Shown: positions 23,180 to 33,574 of the stretch, in pieces
Numbering within the stretch: position 1 is the stretch's first letter
Layout of the letters: every line of letters begins with the position of its first letter
NCBI RefSeq assembly: GCF_006345805.1
Contig: NW_021828099.1
Location: forward strand, 1-35,103
DNA: 35,103 bases
Direction: 5' to 3'
Origin: Octopus sinensis
Taxonomy: Eukaryota
Translations under genes and position numbers: made by a program
Notes under the pieces: model-generated
Told to the model about the DNA's origin: nothing
What the model saw: the letters and a program-made list of their open reading frames with translations, nothing else
Databases searched by the model: none

Positions 23180-25640
23180 GAAGGCTGATGTTGGAAACAG
23201 TAACGATAATGAAGATAACCCTAGAGAGACCATTGACATGTATACCCATCCCTTTGACACTCAATTCTTCAACATATGCGACAAAACTTACTGCATGAAC
23301 CGAATTTATCCAACAACATTACCCTTCAACAAAAGAGTATACATCCCAAGACGTACTAATGACCACATGGAAGCACAGTTCACTATAGCTAGGACCAAAC
23401 TTAGACAGATTTTAGGATTATACATTAAGAGACAGAGACAGAATAAGACAGATGCCCAACAACTCGGGATTAAACCTGCATGTGGCCTACAGAAGCTCAT
23501 TCAGCGCACGAGGAACGGAGAGGTGATATGCCTTCCCACAGATAAGTCCGGCAGGATGTCAATAGACAGCTTACCGAACTACATCCAGGCAATGCAACCT
23601 CATATCGCCAATACAAAAGTAACAACTGTACAGGCGCATGAGGAGAGAGAAAAGGTCCTCAATGCCCACATGATGATGTGGACAATTGTTCTGGGACCTC
23701 AGAAACGTACTGCAAAGAATTTCCAAGCCTGGAACAATGATATCCCGGCACTGTATGGACTTCGCAAGGACCATAAGGTTTTTACTGACCCTATAGCAGG
23801 ACCACCAACAAGACCAGTCTGTGGAGCGAATATCGCTAGCAATTACAGAATCTCCTACTTCCTCTCAATGATCATACGCCCTATAATCAAGATGTCACCT
23901 GATGTGTGTGACAGCACAGAAGATCTCCTAAGCAGGATCAGTGACTGTAACAAAACTTGTGACTTGACAGGATGTATAGTAGGTAGCATGGATGTGGTAT
24001 CCCTATACCCATCGATTGACGTAGATTTTGCAGTGGAGAAGTGCGTGGAGATGATCAACGAGAGCCAGGTGGAGTTCTGTAATGTCGACACAGAAGAACT
24101 GGGCCTCCTACTTAGACTGACATATAATAGTGAATACTTAGATAAACATAATCTTAGTAGTTTCTGCCCCAGTAGTTGTTTAAGAGGTAGACCGCCTACA
24201 ATTACTTCTATGGCTAGGAAGACACATATAGAAAGATGGCGCGGATGGACCAGAGCCATACGGAGCCCTGCAAATGTCCATCAGGTAAAGAGAATGATCG
24301 CACATGCACTAGGAGCTAGTATAAGAGTTACCCTAAAAGGCCACACATTTAAATTTAATAATAAAAATATTGCCCAGGACGAGGGGGCAGCCATCGGTGT
24401 TAGTATCGCTGGTGATGTGGCCAACCTCTTCATGGTATGGTGGGACAGAAGGCTTAAAGAATGCCTACTGCAGAAATCCATACTCGTAAACATGTACTCT
24501 CGCTATGTTGATGATATCAATATAGTAGTAAAGGCACCCCCACAAGAGAGTAATGTTGATATAGTAATAGAAACTAATACTACGGAGAGCATCCAGCAAA
24601 TAGCTAACTCCATCCACCAGAGTATTAAGGTCACAATAGACTACCCCACTAAACACCTCAACCATAGACTACCAGTACTAGACACTGAACTCTGGCTAGA
24701 AATCGTGAAAAATAAAACCCAAATCCTTCATTCATACTATGCAAAACCTATGGCCTCAAAATACCTGATCCACCGGAACTCAGCCATTGCGGGCAATGCC
24801 AAATCCAATATTTTGATGGCAGGCCTCGTCAGAATAATGAGAAATGTGTCACGCATGTGCGAGCCTACAGAATTAAAGAGACACATACAGTATTTCATTC
24901 ACCGCATGCAGTTCTCAGGTTACAGCCATAAAGAAAGGATCAGAGTATACAAAGGAGCCATGAAGAAATTTGATAATATATTATGTAATGATAGGAATGG
25001 GATTTGCCCACTCTATAGGAACAAGTCATGGAACACTATAGAAAGGACAAAAAAGAAAATAGGGAAGGCCAACTCTTGGTATGATAGCCATAAATACCAG
25101 AGTGTCATGTTCGTTGACACCACCCCTGGAGGTGAACTGGCGTACCGCTTTAGATGGGCCCTAGACAAACTTAAACTAAGAATTAAGGTTGTTGAAAAGC
25201 CAGGCAACCCTATCAGATCTATAATTGGTAGAACCTATCCTTTTAGTAGAACTCTCTGTACGGATAACTATTGCACTGTATGTAGATTTAGCCCACAATC
25301 AAACTGTAAAGCCAGAAATGTGGTCTATAGTATAAGATGTATAGAGGGACGATGCAGTAACAAGACAGTAACATACGTAGGGGAAACAGCAAGAAGCATT
25401 GGAGAGCGGGTGAATGAACATTGGAGACAACTCAAGGAAGGTAAAAGCTCATCGATTCTGTACCAACACGCCGAACAAGAACACGGGGGATCAATCAATA
25501 ACATAGAGATTAAGATATTGTCCACACATAGAACAGATGCAACAATTAGACAAATTACAGAAGCTACACATATAATAGAAAATAAACCTAGCCTGAATAG
25601 AAAACTAGAATGGAGCAATAGCACACACCACAACATATGA
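22998..25640 (+). CDS. Penelope-like reverse transcriptase with C-terminal GIY-YIG endonuclease (true frame from ~23175)
   Basis: PTDKSG, LYGLRKDHK, PTRPVCG, SMDVVSLYPSID (motif A), QDEGAAIG (B'), YSRYVDD (C), LPVLD, YAKPM, FSGY; CTDNYCTVC linker; NVVYSIRC...YVGETARSIGERVNEH...YQHAEQEH...RQITEA...LNRKLEW. No internal stops. Confidence 0.95.
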   Translation: MNISLAMIVIMAMVGIKVITIIVVVAVVMVTVEVVMRIVVIVVVVIGILVVVVVVMVIINRKADVGNSNDNEDNPRETIDMYTHPFDTQFFNICDKTYCMNRIYPTTLPFNKRVYIPRRTNDHMEAQFTIARTKLRQILGLYIKRQRQNKTDAQQLGIKPACGLQKLIQRTRNGEVICLPTDKSGRMSIDSLPNYIQAMQPHIANTKVTTVQAHEEREKVLNAHMMMWTIVLGPQKRTAKNFQAWNNDIPALYGLRKDHKVFTDPIAGPPTRPVCGANIASNYRISYFLSMIIRPIIKMSPDVCDSTEDLLSRISDCNKTCDLTGCIVGSMDVVSLYPSIDVDFAVEKCVEMINESQVEFCNVDTEELGLLLRLTYNSEYLDKHNLSSFCPSSCLRGRPPTITSMARKTHIERWRGWTRAIRSPANVHQVKRMIAHALGASIRVTLKGHTFKFNNKNIAQDEGAAIGVSIAGDVANLFMVWWDRRLKECLLQKSILVNMYSRYVDDINIVVKAPPQESNVDIVIETNTTESIQQIANSIHQSIKVTIDYPTKHLNHRLPVLDTELWLEIVKNKTQILHSYYAKPMASKYLIHRNSAIAGNAKSNILMAGLVRIMRNVSRMCEPTELKRHIQYFIHRMQFSGYSHKERIRVYKGAMKKFDNILCNDRNGICPLYRNKSWNTIERTKKKIGKANSWYDSHKYQSVMFVDTTPGGELAYRFRWALDKLKLRIKVVEKPGNPIRSIIGRTYPFSRTLCTDNYCTVCRFSPQSNCKARNVVYSIRCIEGRCSNKTVTYVGETARSIGERVNEHWRQLKEGKSSSILYQHAEQEHGGSINNIEIKILSTHRTDATIRQITEATHIIENKPSLNRKLEWSNSTHHNI

Positions 25641-25709
25641 CGATAGTGGATCCTGCAAACATAATAAATACACAGATAATTAAAGAAATAGAAATGAATA
25701 ACTATATAT

Positions 25710-25746
<37 letters not shown>

Positions 25747-25754
25747 GGTGTGTA

Positions 25755-25807
<53 letters not shown>

Positions 25808-26327
25808 TATATATATGTGTATATATATATATAATTATATTTTTTTTTTTCGATTAGATTTATTATTATTATTACTAATATTGTTGTTATACATACATAC
25901 AAGCATATGTAATGATAATAATGGGTGGATGTAAACACATGAACAAAATTAGAACAAAAGCAACAACAACAACAACAAAAACAAAATACAAATTACAAGA
26001 ATGTATATAACCAGAAGATACAAATATTACAGGCATCCCCCCACACACACACTAAATAAACATAGACGCACATAGAGATATAAGCATGCGCAAATGAAGA
26101 CATACAATAGAAATACAAAATGGCTGACGGTTAGTAAGGAGAGACACAAGTAAGTGAGAAGAAAACAAAGGACCACTGATGCGGTCACAGGAGTGTGACG
26201 AAAGAACTTTGGCCGAAAGAAGATTAAGATTAATGTAAAAATAAATATCACTGAAGCAAAATAACACCAAATATATAGTGCGTGTGTTTTTATTGGCTAA
26301 ACTGGCAATATGACCATTCCGAAATAT

Positions 26328-26332
<5 letters not shown>
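25637..26332 (+). repeat. Right arm: PLE 3' UTR/pLTR in sense orientation
   Basis: Begins at the ATGA that contains the ORF stop codon. A-rich like the coding strand. Ends in (TA)n. Confidence 0.93.
26170..26214 (+). ncRNA. Non-canonical hammerhead-like motif in the pLTR (mirror at 21625-21669, minus strand)
   Basis: GGACCA-CTGATGCG-GTCACA(GGAG)TGTGAC-GAAA-GAAC-TT-TGGCC. 6-bp stem II and stem I CCA/TGG, but core CUGAUGCG and U at position 17. Confidence 0.45.
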
Positions 26333-26370
<38 letters not shown>

Positions 26371-26398
26371 GTATATATATATATATATATGTATGTAT

Positions 26399-26449
<51 letters not shown>

Positions 26450-26495
26450 ATATATATATATATAGGGTAATGTTTTTAAAAATATATATATATAT

Positions 26496-27077
26496 TAGGG
26501 TAAATGTTTTTAAATTTTCACCTAATTTCTTTATTACTAATACTTGGCGGTGTGAGTTATGGCTGCTCTTTCTGGTGGACGAGTGACCTGTTGGGTCACT
26601 CCTAAATTGTTATGTTTATATATTTAGTCGATGACTATTTTCTCTTTTCCACCAGGCCGCTGGTTGCGATAAATTTCTATTGAATTTTTTTGCTACCCTA
26701 ATTGACTAATTGATAATTTTCTGAATAATTCTGAGATTGAATCGGCAGTTTATATTTACTGTTGATAAGTTTGGCGCGAATACGTCAGTCTTGAAAATTT
26801 TAAGTCAGATATCCCGTAGGCATCGAACAGACGCCTCGTGTATATTTGTCTCTCCCAGGTCTTTTACTGATGAAGTGTAACCTATGGTAGATTGGCTTAA
26901 TTTAATTTAATTAAGCTAATTTAATCATTAATGACACAGAAACGTTGCAACGTCTAAAAGATGAATAGGGTATTTTTTAAATTTTCACCTAATTTCTTTA
27001 TTACTAATACTGGCGGTGTGAGTTTGGTTGCTCTTTCGGTGGACGAGTGACCTGTTGGGTCACTCCTAAATTGTTAT

Positions 27078-27085
<8 letters not shown>
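26496..27085 (+). mobile_element. Non-coding retrozyme-like / non-autonomous PLE-type element (~1.27 units of a ~470-bp monomer)
   Basis: ~120-bp direct repeats at 26496-26623 and 26966-27085, an internal hammerhead, no ORF, (TA)n on both sides. Confidence 0.75.
26861..26960 (+). ncRNA. Type I hammerhead ribozyme with GUC cleavage site
   Basis: Stem I CTTTTA/TAAAAG (6 bp); CTGATGA 26867-26873; stem II GTGT/ACAC with an inner hairpin ATTGGCTTAA/TTAAGCTAAT; GAAA 26939-26942; palindrome ACGTTGCAACGT; C17 at 26954. One extra A on each side of stem II. Confidence 0.8.
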
Positions 27086-27131
<46 letters not shown>

Positions 27132-27339
27132 AGGGTATGTATATGTATGTGTATGCATATACAGATGTTTGTGAGAATGCGTAATTGTGTATGTGTGAAT
27201 GGATATTCCTCACGTTCAGTGAATATGATGGTCTCAAAATACTTCAAAAGCATCTTTGGTATTATTTAACAGTTTTCCCAGACCGCTCCTCCAAAAATTC
27301 TGTCGGAATTCGAACCTTAATCAAAATACATATGAAAGA

Positions 27340-27712
27340 AACAAATCTCCTCACTTGGAATTAAAAGCTATACCGATTACGGAAAGTGGATGGCACTATA
27401 CAATGCCAAAGATCCTGTCTTTTCTATCTAGAAACACCATGGATTTCAAGGGTCCAGAACTAACCAGTATTCTCCCAAGCAACGTCAGAAATTTGTGAGG
27501 TGTAAATGTGGAGGTCTTCAAAGAGCGTCTGTACAAATTTTCATCTGAGAGACCAGATGAACCGACATCGTGGCAGGAGGCACAAAGAAAAATGGTTCCG
27601 TCCAGCTCACTATTTCACCAAAAACAATACAAAAATGAAACCCAAACACACTGAAAGACGGTGCTCCAGCATGGCCCCAGCCTCTAGCTGAAACCAGTAA
27701 AAGATAAAAGAT
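27340..27712 (+). mobile_element. CR1-group LINE 3' fragment
   Basis: NTMDFKGPELTSILPSNVRNL*GVNVEVFKERLYKF..ERPDEPT resembles the CR1/L2-group ORF2 C-terminus. 3' tail GGTGCTCCAGCATGGCC...GCTGAAACCAGTAAAAGA. Confidence 0.7.
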
Positions 27713-27934
27713 GCGTGCGTTTGAGTGTGTGTGTGTGTGTGGTGTGTGTGTGTGTGTGTGTGTGTGCGTGTGTGTGTGTGTGGTGTGTGTATTTCTATGT
27801 TTATTTAGGGTATTGCGATGGAGAAATATGATGGTAACTGAATGAACACCGTTTGTTATAGTTCAAGCTTCTGCGTGTTTGTGTGTATGCGTTGTATGGC
27901 ATGGTGTGAATGTGTGATGCATGGGTGGTGTATG

Positions 27935-27981
<47 letters not shown>

Positions 27982-29110
27982 TGTGCGTGCGTGTGTGCGT
28001 GCAAGTGCATGTGTGTGCTTGCTTAACGTTTGATATTCTGTAACTTCGTTTCGATTCTTTCATATTCATTTTGATTCAGGTCGGAATTCTGATGGAAATT
28101 TTGGGGTAGCCGTCTTTAAGAATTGATGTCAAATAATGTCAAAGCTGCTTTTGAAGTATTTTGAAACTATTGCATTCACTGAACCTGAAGAATGTCTTCG
28201 GTTAAAAGCTTACAATTACCTCTTCTAATTGAGTCCCAGGAGCCGCCTAAACGGTTCCACTCGTTCATAACAAGAATTCATTGAAACAATTTCTTCCGGG
28301 AAAACATTGTTAGGACTTCGTATGGAATTAAATATTTGCACGTTTTTTCTTGGCAATATCAACGGACTAAATGATTGGAAAGGATTTAATTAGAATGGAG
28401 AGTGGGTCACGGTAACCAGCAGCTGATAGTGAATTCTAAGGTTCCAAGTTCAAATAATTCTTTCGTAAACTTTACCTGTTATAGTCCTGGATCAATGAAT
28501 CAAATACAAGTAAAATACTCGTGCCAGTGTAATTGGTGATAGATCTCTCCCAGACTTTTAGACATTGGGTCTTATGTCAGGAAGCAGCAGAAACAACAAA
28601 CCTATCTACAGTATTCCCCCATCGTACTCCTATCGTCTGGAATCTTTCCAGAGCCTTTCAGGGTCGATAAAACCCGAACGTCAATGACATTAGTATTGAT
28701 TGAATCCGTCATACTCTTTCCCGATAAAATATTGGATTCCTTTGATTGCAAATAAAGAGACAACCCACCCGGCTTTTTTTTTTTTCTTCAGAAAGTGAGC
28801 TTCTGATATTGTGACATTCGTGGATTGTTTTTTCATTTTCTCTTCGTCTTATTTAATAGTGGAAATGTTAAAACCACTTAGAATTAAACGACAGTCAACA
28901 ATGAATGACAGTCTCAGCTCTGCAGGCACTGATCGGGGTTTTTTTCTCTGTCATTCGCCACTTTCCTGTCAATATTTTCAATGGTTTTGTGTTTAATAAA
29001 ATGTTAGGATCGATAAAAATGGTTATTTACAAAACCAAAATTTTCAAAATCAGTTTTTGTAAATAAAGTTGCAAACGAAACTGATCGACTCTTTGATGTG
29101 AACAGATATA

Positions 29111-29113
<3 letters not shown>

Positions 29114-29164
<51 letters not shown>

Positions 29165-29556
29165 CGTGCGTGTGTGAAGAGAAAGAGAGAGAGATTATAT
29201 ATGCACACACATATACATACATATAAACGTATGTGTGCGTGTGTGAAGAGGAAGAGAAACAGAGGGAGAGAGAGAGAGAGATTATTTATATACACATATG
29301 TAAACACACATATAAGCGTGTGTGTGTGTGTGAAGAGAAAGAGAGAGAGAGATTATATAAACACACATATAAGCGCATGTGTGTGTGTGTGTGTATGAAG
29401 AGAAAGAGAAGCAGAGAGAGAGAGAGAGAGAGATTATATATACACACATATACATACATATAAACGTATGTGTGTGTGTGTGTGTGAAGAGAAAGAGAAG
29501 CAGAGAGAGAGAGAGATTATTTATATACACACATGTAAACACACATATAAGCGTGT
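29114..29556. repeat. Compound minisatellite (GT)n-GAAGAGAAAGAGA-(GA)n-TTATATATACAC, about 5 units
   Basis: Recurring unit of roughly 60-100 bp. Confidence 0.85.
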
Positions 29557-29892
29557 GTGTGTGTGTGTTGATTCTATTTTCGACTCTTCAGTAGGAACGT
29601 TTATATCAATCAGTGAAATTATCGATTCATCGATCGATTGATTATTGCTTGACATCTCACCTGTGAACTTGTGAAATATAGACTCCATGAGGAAAAGAAA
29701 ACCTGACTCGTTTCCTGTTTTTTTTTTTTTCATAACCTTTTGTTCGACACACCGAAGCATTCTCAGCAGTTTGTGTGTGTGTGTGTGTGTATGTGTGTGT
29801 ATGTGTGTGTGTGTGTGGTGTATGTGTGTGTATGTGTGTGTGTGTGTGTGTGTTTATGCGTTCTCGATGTGTGTGTATTGTTTCAGCCGCCT

Positions 29893-30026
29893 TTTATTTT
29901 TTACTTGCTTCAGTCTTATATTTATTCTGACAATCGCTTTTGCTGAACCGCTAAGTTACAGGGACGTGAACACAGCAACACCGGTTATCAAGCAGTGGTG
30001 AGGACAGACACAGACACAAAGACACT
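29893..30026 (-). mobile_element. SINE 3' half with CR1-type tail
   Basis: TTTTACTTGCTTCAGTC...GCTGAACCGCTAAGTTACAGGGACGTGAACAC...CCGGTTATCAAGC. Confidence 0.75.
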
Positions 30027-30033
30027 CTCATTT

Positions 30034-30262
30034 GGAGCAAGCGTGGTTGTGTGGAAAGAAGCTTGCGTCACCACCACATGGTTCCGGGTTCAGTCCCACT
30101 GCGTGGCACCTTGGGCAAGTGTTTCTTACTATAGCCTCGGGTCGACCAAATACCTGTAGGTGGATTTAGTACACAGAAACTGAAAGAAGCTCATTATGCA
30201 TGTGTATGTATGTGTCTTTGTGTCTGTATTTGAACCCACAACCGCTTGACAACGGCATCGCC
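30034..30262 (+). mobile_element. tRNA-SINE 5' half (same family, opposite strand)
   Basis: GTGGTTGTGTGG A-box-like, GGGTTCAGTCCC B-box-like, GGCACCTTGGGCAAGTGT central block. Its 3' part is the reverse complement of 29982-30026. Confidence 0.8.
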
Positions 30263-30405
30263 TTTGCCCCCGGTTGATGGAAAGTCTATCTTAAAGAGTA
30301 GTCATCTTAAAATGTGAGATATTTCCACATAGCTCAAGCCGAGGGGTATACTTAGTCCGAACATTATAAGACAATATTTACATATACTCTGCATATACAG
30401 AATCC

Positions 30406-30759
30406 GTGGAGGCGCAATGGCTCAGTGGTTAGGGCAGCGGACTCGCGGTCGTAGGATCGCGGTTTCGATTCCCAGACCGGGCGTTGTGAGTGTTTATTGA
30501 GCGAAAACACCTAGAGCTCCACGAGGCTCCGGCAGGGGATGGTGGTGATCCCTGCTGTACTCTTTCACCACAACTTTCTCTCACTCTTACTTCCTGTTTC
30601 TGTTGTACCTTTTTTTCAAAGGGCCGGCCTTGTCACTCTCTGTGTCACGCTGAATATCCCCGAGAACTACGGTAAGGGTACACGTTAATTTCACGAGCAG
30701 GCTGTTCCGTTGATCGGATCAACCGGAACCCTCGTCGTCGTAACCGACGGAGTGCTTCC
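30406..30759 (+). mobile_element. Full-length tRNA-derived SINE with 12-bp target-site duplication
   Basis: TGGCTCAGTGG A box and GGTTTCGATTCC B box. TATACAGAATCC at 30394-30405 and 30760-30771. Confidence 0.9.
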
Positions 30760-31389
30760 TATACAGAATCCAAAGTGGGAGATAAACACAAGAATAAGGT
30801 TTTCTCCAAAACTGATTTGCCATTCAGGAGAACAGTCTGGAAAAAAGAGAACAGCTGTGGACGTGCATTTCTACCCAAATAGATGTCCTCAGCACAGCAA
30901 TTAAATCGCATTATCTTTAGCATGTGTAAGACTTAATCATATACAATGGCTTCGGTAATTTGCATAAATGAAAGTAAAATAAGATAAGAGAAATAACTCA
31001 AAATGGCCAGTAGCGTGTATAGACTCAACAAAGACAAGAAATCGTGTTTGGTATATTAAATACCATGCAAGAGAAGGCGTTGATTTATTGAAGCGATCTC
31101 CGTTTCCAGAGACGGTAGACGAATAGCTGGGTGGTCATTTGTATGCAGAAAAGAAAATAAGGGAGATGTTTGAGTTGAAATGAAAGACAGAGAAAGCCGT
31201 AGATGAAAATGAAATAACTGGTGTGACGTAAGAACATATTTGAGACGAGATGCAAAGCTGTCCTGTTGAGAACAATATCACAAACAGCTGGGGACCTTTT
31301 TTTTTATATGGGAGGCGGTATTTTATTCCTCAATAATTGACTACTGTGGACACAATAAACCATACTTAAAACACCTTATAGGCATGTAT

Positions 31390-31539
31390 CAAGTGTATGT
31401 GCGTGAGTATATATATATATTTATATATTATATATATATATATACAAAGAGAGAGAGATACATATATAGATAAATGTAAGTATATATATATATATATATA
31501 TATACAAAGAGAGAGAGATACATATATAGATAAATGTAA

Positions 31540-31581
<42 letters not shown>

Positions 31582-31640
31582 CAAAGAGAGAGAGATACAT
31601 ATATAGATAAATGTAAGTATATATATATATATATATTTAC
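31390..31640. repeat. Minisatellite TACAAAGAGAGAGAGATACATATATAGATAAATGTAAG-(TA)n x3
   Basis: Units start near 31442, 31502 and 31579. Confidence 0.85.
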
Positions 31641-31701
<61 letters not shown>

Positions 31702-32535
31702 TACACACAAGCACATGCGCAGACACAAAAACCGATATTATATGCGTGTGTGAGCATGTAGTGACAGTCGTACATGCATATAAACCTGTATTTGCATGTA
31801 TGTATGTTTATACATATATATATGTATACACATATATACTCACATATATACTCACATATATACATGTATATGTGTATGTGTGTATGTATACATATGTATA
31901 CATAATATATACATATATGTATATATATATATATATTATTATATATTTGAATGCCACACATCCTCTTCCAAGTACATATATATATATATATATATACACA
32001 CAAACACACACACACACTCACACACACACACACATACATAAATTTATAAATTTGTTTCATATTTTGTTGTTGTTGCTGTTGTTGCTACAGAAGATTATTA
32101 TCATTTAAAGGCGAAATAAAAATTTTAAAAAAACACGAAGCAGATGAAAAAGCAAAAATAATTAGGAGTTAATCACAAGCTGAACGTTTGTTCCATTGAG
32201 TAGGTGAGAGGCCACAATAGGGAGATCTGGTTACCTGTATATGTACCCGCTCACACGCACACACTCACACACATACATACATACCATATATATATATATA
32301 TATATATACGCTACGCCTGTGTGTGTGTATGTGTGTACTTGTAATCAGTTTTTTCACGCCTACATGCACACAGAGGCGTTATTCGCACACAAGCGGCACG
32401 AAGAGGAAGAAGGGTGAGAGGGAGAAAGAGAGAGAAGAGGAAGGGGAAAGAGGCATGGGTACACAGTCAGAGGCACGTTGAGCTTTTATCTCTGGAATGT
32501 TAGTCAATGGAGAAGATAATGTGATATTGTGTAAC

Positions 32536-32573
<38 letters not shown>

Positions 32574-32593
32574 TATATACATATACATATATT

Positions 32594-32645
<52 letters not shown>

Positions 32646-32656
32646 TATACATATAC

Positions 32657-32707
<51 letters not shown>

Positions 32708-33574
32708 GTATGTACATAAGTCTGTATATATTATTTTATGTATGTATGTAAATGTTTTCATGCATGTAAATATACCTATATATATATAATATATATATAA
32801 TATATATATATATATACATGCAAATATATACAGGTATATACATAAACATATATGTATATATGTACGTGTTTGTCTTGTATATAGGTATAGAGTGTGTGTG
32901 TGTGTGTGTGTCTCTGTGTGTGTGTGTGCGTGTGTGCGTGCGTGTGTGTGTGTGTGTATCGGAAATTAGCCAAAAACTTCATACTTCATTACCAGAAAAT
33001 ATTGCTTCCGCGGTGTTAATCAATTACCTCTTCAACTCTAATTGCTGTAAGGGCCAATAACCGCGTGTTGAAAACATCCACAACATTCCTTTCGCTGCTT
33101 CACCCCTCATCAGCCGACCTCGTAACTGAACATGCCATCGAGCGACGCTCAACTACACTCAACATGCATGTGAAGTAATAGACCAGATCAAATGGATTTA
33201 ACCAAAACAAGAAGCAGAAGACATGAACAGGGCAGTAAAACCATTTTCAAAGTAATTAGCGGCGTCGACATCGTTAATAACGGACTGAACATATATCACC
33301 ACAAATGACCATAAGTAACACTACCACATTCTGCTCGCAAGTGAACACCTTTGTCAAAATCTGTTCCTAAACAACAAAACACTACACAAAAACAAAATTA
33401 TTAAGATGAAGCAGCGTATTTCCCCCCAACCACCCCACTTTCACCTATAGCACAACCATGAACTCTTCCTCCTCTCAGAAGCCTGAGAAACTCTTACAAA
33501 ATACCTTAAACATTAAAGTCTCTGAACGTGACGACATTAAAAATAATCGCCTTAAACTTCTAAAGTATTGGATA

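Larger units (their letters stand above)
21449..26332 (+). mobile_element. Near-intact Penelope-like retroelement with inverted pseudo-LTR arms, inserted in (TA)n
   Basis: RT plus GIY-YIG ORF, flanked by ~0.7-kb inverted repeats and by (TA)n on both sides. Confidence 0.93.

Noticed and set aside
26085-26135. SECIS-like ATGA...GA in the PLE 3' UTR (selenoprotein PLEs are known)
   Set aside because: No proper stem, and the RT ORF has no in-frame TGA to recode.
26495-26501. TTAGGG as a telomeric seed
   Set aside because: Single unit; it is simply the element's start (TAGGGTA) next to TA.
30408-30480. tRNA gene
   Set aside because: The tRNA-like head continues into a SINE body bounded by TSDs. 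The same applies to 1931 and 30034.
32497-32545. Possible exon [14 protein letters not shown] ending at AG|GTATAT
   Set aside because: Weak donor formed by the TA tract, no recognisable product and no acceptor support.
33080-33120. Minus-strand CTGATGA...GAAA hammerhead-like core
   Set aside because: Stem II has only one pair and stems I and III cannot form, so it is likely a chance match.
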